Source: an uncultured Ruthenibacterium sp.
Lineage (GTDB): Bacteria > Bacillota > Clostridia > Oscillospirales > Ruminococcaceae
NCBI GenBank assembly: GCA_944388415.1
Contig: CALXIU010000150.1
Coordinates: forward strand, 1-45,414
Direction of reading: 5' to 3'
Length of the DNA stretch: 45,414 nucleotides
The notes under the pieces are model-generated. The model was given only the letters and a program-made list of their open reading frames with translations, searched no databases and was not told the DNA's origin. Below are positions 1-7,436 of the stretch, piece after piece; position 1 is the first letter of the stretch, and each line of letters starts with the position of its first letter. The position numbers and the translations under genes were made by a program.

Positions 1-140
1 ATCACACGCCACCGCGCGCGCATGGCCTCGAAGATCTCGCCGCGCGTCGCGTCCGTCAGCGCCGCCTCGTCGGCCATCACCACCTCGTGCAGCGGCATTT
101 CCGCAGCCGCCGCGGCGAGCTGTTCCAATGTGTTGTACAT
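1..140 (-). CDS. sdaAA: L-serine dehydratase, iron-sulfur-dependent, alpha subunit (5' part; truncated by window edge)
   Basis: ATG at 140 after AGGAGG. Reads MYNTLEQLAAAAAEMPLHEVVMADEAALTDATRGEIFEAMRARWRV, directly downstream of the beta subunit gene. Confidence 0.8.
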   Translation of the reverse strand, partial: MYNTLEQLAAAAAEMPLHEVVMADEAALTDATRGEIFEAMRARWRV

Positions 141-149
141 GCGCCCTCC

Positions 150-812
150 TTATACGTTCACCGCGCACACGCGCAGGATGTTCGGCGTGCAGCGCAGCGC
201 GTGCACGATCGTGTCCGGCACGGGCGCGTCCGTCTCGATGACGGTCACGGCCACGTCGCCGCGCGCCGTGCGGTTGACGCGCATCACGCCGATGTTGATG
301 CCCTGTTCCGCCAGAAGCTGCGTGATCGCGCTCACGACGCCACGCCGGTCGTACTGCATCGTCACCAGCGTCGGCGACTCCGCCGAGAACTCCGCCGCGA
401 GGCCGTTCAGGTCCGTCACAACGATGCGTCCGCCGCCGATGCTCGACCCCTCGACGAAAAACGCGTCGCCGCCGTCATATAGAAACGTGATGCGCGCCGA
501 GTTCTCGTGGCTGTCCGGCAGCTCGATCGTCTCAAAGTCGTACGTCACGCCGCGCGCCTTCGCCAGCGCGTACGCGTCGCGGATGCCCGTGTCGTCGGGC
601 GCGAGGCCCAGCGCCCCCGCCAGCAGCGCTTTGTCCGTGCCGTGGCCGCGCCCCGTCTTCGCGAACGACCCCGCGAGGCCGAACTTCACATGCCAGAACC
701 CAGGCGGCGCGACGGCCGCCGCCACGTGCGCCAGCCGCGCCGCGCCCGCCGTGTGGCTCGACGACGGGCCGATCATCACCGGCCCCACCACGTCGAAAAT
801 GCTGATGTTCAC
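150..812 (-). CDS. sdaAB: L-serine dehydratase, iron-sulfur-dependent, beta subunit
   Basis: SIFDVVGPVMIGPSSSHTAGAARL and GRGHGTDKAL motifs, C-terminal ACT-like domain; GTG start at 812. Confidence 0.93.
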   Translation of the reverse strand: MNISIFDVVGPVMIGPSSSHTAGAARLAHVAAAVAPPGFWHVKFGLAGSFAKTGRGHGTDKALLAGALGLAPDDTGIRDAYALAKARGVTYDFETIELPDSHENSARITFLYDGGDAFFVEGSSIGGGRIVVTDLNGLAAEFSAESPTLVTMQYDRRGVVSAITQLLAEQGINIGVMRVNRTARGDVAVTVIETDAPVPDTIVHALRCTPNILRVCAVNV

Positions 813-850
813 AGAGATCGCGCCCCCTTTGAAGCGTTGTGTTCCCGTCC

Positions 851-924
851 AGTATAGCACGGTGCCGCGCCCTTTGGCAATGCGCGCGGCGGGGGTTGTC
901 AACAGGGAAAGGATATGGTATGCT
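851..924. promoter_or_regulatory. Divergent sigmaA-type promoters for the sda operon (-) and the mgtE leader (+)
   Basis: Minus strand: TTGCCA-N18-TATACT (880-851). Plus strand: TTGTCA-N17-TATGCT (896-924). Confidence 0.55.
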
Positions 925-975
925 GGAACAGGGCCGGACGTTCCGGCACACAACGAAACAAAGGAGGGAGACCGG

Positions 976-1089
976 ATGGAACCCTGCGAACGAAGTAGGA
1001 CGGCGGACAGCGCAACTCCGATACGGCGCGCCGCGCGAGGGGCTCTCCGGCCCTCCGTGCGACGTGCGCCGCGCACTGCGGCGCTCTGA
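976..1089 (+). CDS. Putative 37-aa leader peptide upstream of mgtE
   Basis: AAGGAGG RBS at 961. Reads MEPCERSRTADSATPIRRAARGALRPSVRRAPRTAAL*; the stop lies 18 nt before a terminator hairpin. Confidence 0.55.
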   Translation: MEPCERSRTADSATPIRRAARGALRPSVRRAPRTAAL

Positions 1090-1107
1090 ATCGAATTTGC
1101 GCCATTC

Positions 1108-1137
1108 GCCGCGGCCTGTCACGGGCCGCGGCTTTTT
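1108..1137 (+). terminator. Intrinsic terminator/attenuator in the mgtE 5' leader
   Basis: GCCGCGGCCTG-TCA-CGGGCCGCGGC followed by TTTTT, upstream of the mgtE start. Confidence 0.75.
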
Positions 1138-1190
1138 GTCTGTCCGATCACTTCCTCGCTGTCAAACAAAACAACAGGAGGAACGGACTC

Positions 1191-2012
1191 ATGAACAACA
1201 AACTGGATTTCGAGGCGCTGCGGCTGCTGCTGGAGCGCCGGGACTACCATGCGCTGCGCGAGGCGCTGGCCGGTCAGAACGAGGCGGATGTCGCCGAATG
1301 GCTCGAGACGATCCCCGCCGCGCAGGCGGTCGTCGCGTTCCGCACGCTGCCCGTCGTCGACCGCGAGGGCCGCCTCGTCGGCATCGTCACCGTCGACGAC
1401 GTGATGGACGTCATGGAGGACGCCACCGAGGATTTTGAGAAGATGGCCGCGGTGGCGCCGCCCGAAAAGCCGTATCTCAAGACGGGCGTGTTCGCGCTCG
1501 CGAAGCACCGCATCGTGTGGCTGCTCGTGCTGATGGTGTCCGGCATGATCACCGGCGGCATCCTCGGCCGGTATGAGGCGGCGTTCGCCGCGATGCCCCT
1601 GCTCGTGACGTTCATCCCGATGCTCACCGACACCGGCGGCAACGCCGGAAGTCAGAGCAGCACGCTCGTCATCCGCGGCATGGCCGTCGGCGAGATCGCC
1701 CCGCGCGACGTGCTGCGCGTGCTGTGGAAGGAGCTGCGCGTCAGCCTCCTCGTGGGCGCGGCGCTCGGCGCGGTGAACTTTGTGCGCCTGATGGTGATGG
1801 CCCCCGGCAACCCGGCGATGGCGCTGGCGGTCGCGCTGGCGCTCGTCGTCACCGTGGTGCTGGCCAAGACGGCCGGCGGCTTGCTGCCGATGGCCGCGAA
1901 GGCGCTGCACGCCGACCCCGCCATCATGGCCGCGCCGCTCATCACGACGATCGTCGACGCCGTGTCGCTGATCGTCTACTTCCGCATTGCCTGCGCGCTC
2001 CTCGCGCTGTAA
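1191..2012 (+). CDS. mgtE: Magnesium transporter MgtE with an internal in-frame deletion
   Basis: Start of the MgtE N-domain joined to the CBS2 tail (LPVVDREGRLVGIVTVDD). TM domain with GGNAGSQS and APLITTIVD motifs. Only 273 aa. Confidence 0.88.
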   Translation: MNNKLDFEALRLLLERRDYHALREALAGQNEADVAEWLETIPAAQAVVAFRTLPVVDREGRLVGIVTVDDVMDVMEDATEDFEKMAAVAPPEKPYLKTGVFALAKHRIVWLLVLMVSGMITGGILGRYEAAFAAMPLLVTFIPMLTDTGGNAGSQSSTLVIRGMAVGEIAPRDVLRVLWKELRVSLLVGAALGAVNFVRLMVMAPGNPAMALAVALALVVTVVLAKTAGGLLPMAAKALHADPAIMAAPLITTIVDAVSLIVYFRIACALLAL

Positions 2013-2059
2013 AAGGCACGCACCCCGCGCCGGAAACCTCCGGCGCGGGGCGCGCTTTT
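2011..2059. terminator. Probable bidirectional terminator between convergent genes
   Basis: CCCCGCGCCGGA-AACC-TCCGGCGCGGGG stem with A and T tracts on either side. Confidence 0.65.
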
Positions 2060-2064
2060 GTCTT

Positions 2065-2850
2065 TTATCCAAGCTCTGTCTCCGCCGCCTGCCAGACGGC
2101 CGTCTGCACGCGGTCGGAGGCGATCTCCGCCAGCGGGCGAGAGTAGTCGAACGCGCCGCCGATGTACAGCGCGTAGGACACAGGATCCGCCTCGCTCGCG
2201 TCCGGCGTGCTGAACGAGATGTCCGGCGCTGAGACGCCGCACAGCGCCACCGCGTCGCGCACCTTCTCGCACGCCGCGAAGAACGCGTCCTCCGATTCGT
2301 AGCCGCCTTTGAGCTGCACATAGACGCTCGCGTGGCGGATCAGACCGCGGCCGACGGCGTCGCCGAGATCGGACGGAATGCCGGACTCGATCATCGCCCA
2401 GTCATCGAAATCAATGTAGGTGTCGAGGCCCGTCACGTCGGACACGCCGCTCAGCTGCTGCGTGATGTCCGCCTCCCACTCGTCGCACAGGCGCGCCGAG
2501 CGGTTGTCGGCGCTCGCGACCTCGGCGTACTTCGCCGCGGTCACGCAGCCGAACGCGCCGATGAAGATCAGCGCGCACATCACGGTCGACAGAAAGTCGT
2601 ACCGGATGCGCTCGTCAGGCCGGCGGAATGTGAACCACAGAAGCTCCGCGCCGAGCACCACCAGCAGGAGCGGCACCAGCTTCATCACAAAAAAGATGTT
2701 GAACGACGGCCAGAACAGATAGATGCACAGGCACACGCCCACGACGATGAGCGCGAAGCCCAGCGTCAGCGTGCCGACGCGCCGCGTGCGCGGCGCGGGC
2801 CGAAGCGCGGGGGCGGGGGAGACGGGTACAACATTCGCGGGATCACTCAT
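2065..2850 (-). CDS. Membrane protein with LiaF/LiaI-like N-terminal TM region and a soluble C-terminal domain
   Basis: RRVGTLTLGFALIVVG followed by three hydrophobic helices; last gene of the ECF operon. Start is 2850 or 2856. Confidence 0.65.
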   Translation of the reverse strand: MSDPANVVPVSPAPALRPAPRTRRVGTLTLGFALIVVGVCLCIYLFWPSFNIFFVMKLVPLLLVVLGAELLWFTFRRPDERIRYDFLSTVMCALIFIGAFGCVTAAKYAEVASADNRSARLCDEWEADITQQLSGVSDVTGLDTYIDFDDWAMIESGIPSDLGDAVGRGLIRHASVYVQLKGGYESEDAFFAACEKVRDAVALCGVSAPDISFSTPDASEADPVSYALYIGGAFDYSRPLAEIASDRVQTAVWQAAETELG

Positions 2851-3436
2851 TGTCATCGTCCTCCTCTCCGGACAGCTGCGGCTGCGTGCCGACGTAGGCC
2901 GTGTAGTCGTCGTCGCGCTGCGACGGCCCTTTGATGAGCCACACGCCGAGGCCGATAATCACGACCGCCATCAAGAGCACCGGCAGGCCGTTCATCATGC
3001 GCTCCAGCCACGCCAGACCAAACTCATACACCAGACGCATGAGCGACGGGTACAGGAAGTTTCGGTACAGCATATACGCGCCCAGCGCGATCAGCGCAAT
3101 TCCGATGAGCTTGTGGCGGCCGCACAGCAGCGAGCGCCACTTGTCGCCCATCACCTCGGCGGGGTCAAGCAGGAACGCGTCGGGGTTGGCCGCGGCCTCC
3201 TCCGGCGTCATGCCCGCGATGCGGAACGTGTCGAAGAATGAGTACATCCAGATGATCGGCAGCAGGACGGCCAGAATGCCCAGACCCAGAAAGCTGAAGA
3301 ACGACGCCGCCATCGTGACGACCGCAAACAGCGTGACGATGGACAGTCCGCGGTGCATATACCCGAGATACATCTGCCCCGCGCCGGGTACAAAGGCGAA
3401 GCAAAAGGTCAGAAACCCATTCTTTCTTTTCTTCAT
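2843..3436 (-). CDS. Multi-pass membrane protein (PGAGQMYLG-type hypothetical)
   Basis: FAFVPGAGQMYLGYMHRG motif and several TM segments; translationally coupled within the ECF operon. Confidence 0.7.
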   Translation of the reverse strand: MKKRKNGFLTFCFAFVPGAGQMYLGYMHRGLSIVTLFAVVTMAASFFSFLGLGILAVLLPIIWMYSFFDTFRIAGMTPEEAAANPDAFLLDPAEVMGDKWRSLLCGRHKLIGIALIALGAYMLYRNFLYPSLMRLVYEFGLAWLERMMNGLPVLLMAVVIIGLGVWLIKGPSQRDDDYTAYVGTQPQLSGEEDDDNE

Positions 3437-3443
3437 TGTCAAA

Positions 3444-3941
3444 TCACTCCTGTGTCTGTGTTTGCATCTGCGGATCCATCAGCCACGCCATCGCGCCGTT
3501 GATGCTCTCGTCCATCTGGCGGAAAAACTCGTTTGTGCCGTTGAACAGCGCGCCGCTCTCCCGGCGCTGTGCGCGCTCGTCGCGCTCTTCGCTCTGCACG
3601 GCGCCGTTCACCGCGAGCGGGGCCTCCGGCACAAGCCGGTCGAACACGCCCGCGCCCCACAGCGTCAGCGCCAGCACGGCGGCCACCGCGCCCACGGCGT
3701 AGCGGTTGACCAGAAGGCGCAGCACGCGCTGCCGCACGCGGGTCAAAATCTTCGGAGTCAGCGGCTCGGCCGGCGTCAGCAGGGTGTCGTCTGTCAAAAG
3801 CGCGGTGTACCGCTCAAGACACGCGTCGCAGAAGCTCAGATGCTCCGCAGCCTCAAGGCGTCCCATCTCGTCCAGCCGCTCGTCGACCAGCATCCGGAGC
3901 GCCTCATCGGTGAGGCATCCGTTTTCCCGGAACAGTTCCAT
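3444..3941 (-). CDS. Zinc-binding (zf-HC2/ZAS) transmembrane anti-sigma factor
   Basis: HLSFCDAC (HxxxCxxC), one TM helix, overlaps the ECF sigma gene. Confidence 0.8.
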   Translation of the reverse strand: MELFRENGCLTDEALRMLVDERLDEMGRLEAAEHLSFCDACLERYTALLTDDTLLTPAEPLTPKILTRVRQRVLRLLVNRYAVGAVAAVLALTLWGAGVFDRLVPEAPLAVNGAVQSEERDERAQRRESGALFNGTNEFFRQMDESINGAMAWLMDPQMQTQTQE

Positions 3942-4452
3942 CCTGCGCCCTCCTTTCTATCGCTCCGCGCAACATCTGCTTTGCGCGGTACAGTTGTGTG
4001 TGCACGGTTTTGGTCGGCCTCCCGAGCGCCGCGGAAATTTCCTCCACGCTCTTTTCCTCCAGAAAGAACAGCACCGAGACCTTGTGGTACGGTTCTTTCA
4101 GAGCCCGGATCTCGTCCGCGATGGCCCTCGCCTCGTCGGCCGAGATCGTGATGTCCTCCGGCTGCGGCGCGGGCGAGACCTGCGTCATGCCCGCGTCCTC
4201 GTCCGGCGCGACCTTGCGGTGATACGCGCTCTTGAGGTGGTCCTTCGCCTTGTTCGCCGCGATGCGCGCCAGCCATGGCTTGTAGTTCTCCGGATCGCAC
4301 TCGCCCGCGTGCAGATAGGCCGAGAGGAATGTCTCCTGTGTCAGGTCCTCGGCCAGCTGGTGGTCGTGCACCAGCTGAAAGCAGACGGTGTACACAAGGC
4401 GTTCATACCGGCGGACCATGTCGGAAAATTGTGCTGTTGTCACATGCGCCAT
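3904..4452 (-). CDS. ECF RNA polymerase sigma-70 factor
   Basis: Region 2 AEDLTQETFLSAY...WLARIAANKAKD; region 4 SVEEISAALGRPTKTVHTQLYRAK. Confidence 0.92.
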   Translation of the reverse strand: MAHVTTAQFSDMVRRYERLVYTVCFQLVHDHQLAEDLTQETFLSAYLHAGECDPENYKPWLARIAANKAKDHLKSAYHRKVAPDEDAGMTQVSPAPQPEDITISADEARAIADEIRALKEPYHKVSVLFFLEEKSVEEISAALGRPTKTVHTQLYRAKQMLRGAIERRAQDGTVPGKRMPHR

Positions 4453-4587
4453 GCCCGCGCCTCACCGCCTTTCGTTCCCCTCTGCCCATATAACGCGGCG
4501 GCAGAGCGCTTTTCTTCACTCAGATGTAAAAAAATAAAAAAGATGCGCGCCGCGGTCTTTCCCCGCGGCGCGCGTTGTTGCGACGGA

Positions 4588-5070
4588 TCAATACAGCGCC
4601 ATCACGCCGAGCTGAGACAACACCAGCATGATGCACCCGGCGCTCAAAACTCCCAGCATCACAGCCGCGACGCTCGGCCAGAACTTCAGGTCCAGAAGCG
4701 TGGCGGCAAGGCTGCCCGTCCACGCGCCCGTTCCCGGCAGCGGAATGGCCACAAACACGAACAGGCCCCAGAAGATGCCGCGCCCCGCCTTCGCCTGGAT
4801 CTTCTCGCCGGCCTTCATGCCCTTCTCGTGGATCTTGCCGAAAAAGCGGCCCCACGCGCCCGGCCACGTGCAGCACCACAGAAGCACGCGTTTTGAGAAC
4901 AGAAGGATGATCGGCACCGGCAGCATATTGCCGATGATGGCCACGGCGAGCGTTTGCAGAGCCGGAAGCTGCTGGCCCACGACGCCGACGGGAATGGCCC
5001 CGCGCAGCTCGATCAAGGGCACCATCGAGACGAGCAGAACAATGAAATATTTGCGAAGCAGTGTAAACAT
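4588..5070 (-). CDS. Small multi-drug export protein family membrane protein (COG2426-like)
   Basis: SMVPLIELRGAIP and FVAIPLPGTGAWTG signatures. Confidence 0.85.
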   Translation of the reverse strand: MFTLLRKYFIVLLVSMVPLIELRGAIPVGVVGQQLPALQTLAVAIIGNMLPVPIILLFSKRVLLWCCTWPGAWGRFFGKIHEKGMKAGEKIQAKAGRGIFWGLFVFVAIPLPGTGAWTGSLAATLLDLKFWPSVAAVMLGVLSAGCIMLVLSQLGVMALY

Positions 5071-5178
5071 GCGCATTCTCCTTATAAGTCGATCATTCTT
5101 TTGAAATCAGCGGTCAAGCGATAGTGTACCGTATTTTGGCCCGCGATGCAAGCGGAAAATCTTTTTTTACAAAATCGC

Positions 5179-5234
5179 TTGACAAATCTCCTTGTTCATG
5201 TATTATTGTGTTAGGCGCTTAATACAGTGATACA
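5179..5234 (+). promoter_or_regulatory. sigmaA promoter with a YtrA-type operator
   Basis: TTGACA(5179)-N16-TATTAT(5201). Imperfect inverted repeat TGTATTATTGTGTTA...TAATACAGTGATACA overlaps the -10 and start region. Confidence 0.7.
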
Positions 5235-5249
5235 AAAGGAGGGCTTCCG

Positions 5250-5615
5250 ATGGAATGGAGCATCCGGGCCGACCGCCCGGTGTATCTTCAGCTGCTCGAG
5301 CAGCTGGAGGCGGCGGTCGCTTCGGGCGTTTACGCCCCGGGCGAGAGGCTGCCCGGCGTGCGCGAGCTGGCGGCGCAGGCAGGCGTGAACCCCAACACGA
5401 TGCAGCGCGCGCTGGCCGAGCTGGAGGCGCGCGGGCTGGTGCGCACGCAGCGCACGGCCGGGCGCACCGTCACGGATGACGCGCAGGCCATCGCCGCGGC
5501 GCGCCGCGCGCTGGCAGAGCGGCACGCGCGGGACTATCTCGCCTCGGCGCGCGCGCTGGGGCTGGACGACAACGAGGCCGCGGCGCTTCTGGCCGCGGTC
5601 ATTCAGGAGGGATGA
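5250..5615 (+). CDS. GntR/YtrA-family transcriptional regulator
   Basis: PVYLQL...PGERLPGVRELAAQAGVNPNTMQRAL HTH; short protein preceding ABC genes. Confidence 0.92.
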   Translation: MEWSIRADRPVYLQLLEQLEAAVASGVYAPGERLPGVRELAAQAGVNPNTMQRALAELEARGLVRTQRTAGRTVTDDAQAIAAARRALAERHARDYLASARALGLDDNEAAALLAAVIQEG

Positions 5616-5618
5616 ATC

Positions 5619-6317
5619 ATGTCTTTTTTACAGTTTGACAATGTGACGAAATATTACGGCAACCGCCCCGCGCTGCAAAATGTGACGTGCGGTATGGAGC
5701 CGGGGCGCATCACGGGCCTGCTCGGCCCGAACGGCAGCGGCAAGACGACGATGCTCAAGCTGGCGGCGGGGCTGTTGCAGCCCACGGCGGGCCGCGTGCT
5801 CATAGGCGGCGCGGCGCCCGGGCCGGAGACGAAGAAGCTCACGGCGTACTTGCCCGACCGCGTCAGCCTGCCGCGCAATTTCCGCGCGTCGGACGCGGTG
5901 GCGCTGTTCGCCGATTTCTACGCGGACTTCGACGCCGCGAAGGCCGTCGAGATGCTGCGTTCGCTGGGCGTCGAGGCGTCGCAGCGCATCGCGTCGATGA
6001 GCAAGGGCACGCAGGAGAAGACGCAGCTGTGTCTGACGATGTCGCGCGGCGCGAAGCTGTTTCTGCTCGACGAGCCGCTCGGCGGCGTCGACCCCGCCAC
6101 GCGCGACTACATCCTGTCCACGATCATCCGCGGCTACACAGAGGACGCCACGCTCGTCATCTCCACGCACATCATCGGCGACGTCGAACGCATCCTCGAC
6201 GACGTGGTCTTTATCCAGAACGGAACGGTGGCCGTCGCCGACAGCGCGGAGCACCTGCGCGAGACGCGCGGCAAGAGCGTGGACGGCATTTTCAGGGAGG
6301 TGTTCGCATGTTTGTAA
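5619..6317 (+). CDS. ABC transporter ATP-binding protein
   Basis: Walker A GPNGSGKTT, signature MSKG, Walker B LLDEP. Confidence 0.93.
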   Translation: MSFLQFDNVTKYYGNRPALQNVTCGMEPGRITGLLGPNGSGKTTMLKLAAGLLQPTAGRVLIGGAAPGPETKKLTAYLPDRVSLPRNFRASDAVALFADFYADFDAAKAVEMLRSLGVEASQRIASMSKGTQEKTQLCLTMSRGAKLFLLDEPLGGVDPATRDYILSTIIRGYTEDATLVISTHIIGDVERILDDVVFIQNGTVAVADSAEHLRETRGKSVDGIFREVFACL

Positions 6318-7111
6318 AACTGCTCAAATGGGAGTTCCGCCAGACCGGGCGCGTCATGCTGCCGGTGCTGGGCGGCGCGCTGATTTTGTACGGCGGCGCG
6401 CTGGGGGCGCAGGCGCTGATTCAGCTGATCGCCGGCGCGCCCGCGTGGCTCGACGTCGCGGGCCGGATGTTGTACGCGCTGTCGGTGCTGACGCTGATCG
6501 TCTGCTCTGTCGCGGCGTTTTTCTATGGCGTCGTCCGCTTCTACCGGCTTCTGGGCGACGAGGGCTACCTGATGTTCTCGCTGCCCGTCACGGCGTCGCA
6601 GCACATCGGCGCGAAGCTGATCGCCTCGTGCACATGGATGATCCTGTCCATAGGCCTTTCCTTTGTCGCGGGCGGCGCGGAGGCCGGGCCGATCGTCAGT
6701 ACGAACGATCCGGAACTTCAGGAATTGCTCGCGCGGCTCTGGCCGGGCGCGCCGCTCTACGCGGGCTTCTTCGCGTTCCTGCTCGTGTCCCTCGTTGTGT
6801 CGGTGCTGTGGATGTATTTCCTCTGCGCCGTCGGCGCGCAGTGGGGCCAGTCGCGCTTCGCGGCCACGGTCGTCGCGTACATCGTGTCCGGCGTCGCGGT
6901 GCAGATCCTCAGCGTCGCCGCGCTCGCTGCGTTCGCCTTTGCGGCGGCGTACTCGCCGCTCGGGCAGCAGATGGCCGGGTATTTCCTGGCAAACCCGCTC
7001 GCCGCGCTGACGGCGTGGGTCTGGGGCTTCGCGGCGCTGTCCGCCGCCGTCGCCGCGGCGCTGTTCTTCGCGACGCGCTACCTCATCACAAAGAGGCTGA
7101 ATCTCGCTTGA
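6308..7111 (+). CDS. ABC transporter permease
   Basis: MFVKLLKWEF..., EGYLMFSLPV motif, about 6 TM segments; overlaps the ATPase gene end. Confidence 0.85.
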   Translation: MFVKLLKWEFRQTGRVMLPVLGGALILYGGALGAQALIQLIAGAPAWLDVAGRMLYALSVLTLIVCSVAAFFYGVVRFYRLLGDEGYLMFSLPVTASQHIGAKLIASCTWMILSIGLSFVAGGAEAGPIVSTNDPELQELLARLWPGAPLYAGFFAFLLVSLVVSVLWMYFLCAVGAQWGQSRFAATVVAYIVSGVAVQILSVAALAAFAFAAAYSPLGQQMAGYFLANPLAALTAWVWGFAALSAAVAAALFFATRYLITKRLNLA

Positions 7112-7155
7112 CAATTTGCGCAAATCTGCGATACTGAACCCAAGGAGGTGTTTTG

Positions 7156-7365
7156 ATGCAGCAGCAGTACATTTGCCCCAAGTGCGGGTGCCGCACGTAT
7201 GAGCACGACCAGTTCCAGGCCACGGGCGGCAACTTCGCCAAGCTTTTCGACGTTCAAAACAAGAAATTCATCACGGTGTCCTGCACTCAGTGCGGCTACA
7301 CCGAGCTGTACAAGGCGCAGAATTCCGCCGGATGGGATGTTCTCGACTTCCTCATCGGCGGCTGA
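7156..7365 (+). CDS. Small zinc-ribbon protein (DUF2082-like)
   Basis: CPKCG...FDVQNKKFITVSCTQCGYTELY; AAGGAGGTG RBS and its own TTGACA promoter at 7108. Confidence 0.85.
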   Translation: MQQQYICPKCGCRTYEHDQFQATGGNFAKLFDVQNKKFITVSCTQCGYTELYKAQNSAGWDVLDFLIGG

Positions 7366-7436
7366 CGCAGACAAAATGCCGGGAGCGCAGCAATGTGAAC
7401 TGCACCCCCGGCATTCTTTTATAATGTAATATTATT

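Noticed and set aside
22-975. Long plus-strand ORF 22..1089 and many other long alternative-frame or antisense ORFs (e.g. 12183..14366-, 15070..16842-, 34430..36424-, 35430..37643-)
   Set aside because: Shadow ORFs expected in high-GC DNA; they overlap well-supported genes and lack recognisable motifs. Only the last 37 codons of 22..1089 have their own RBS.
925-1137. M-box (ykoK) riboswitch upstream of mgtE
   Set aside because: Expected from context, but I could not recognise its conserved sequence blocks. A covariance search is needed to exclude it formally.
7395-7407. GTGAACTGCACCC, also at 30836-30848, resembling an IS3/IS150-type terminal repeat
   Set aside because: A 13-bp match is within chance for a 45-kb window, no transposase is present, and the first copy is part of a terminator-like hairpin.
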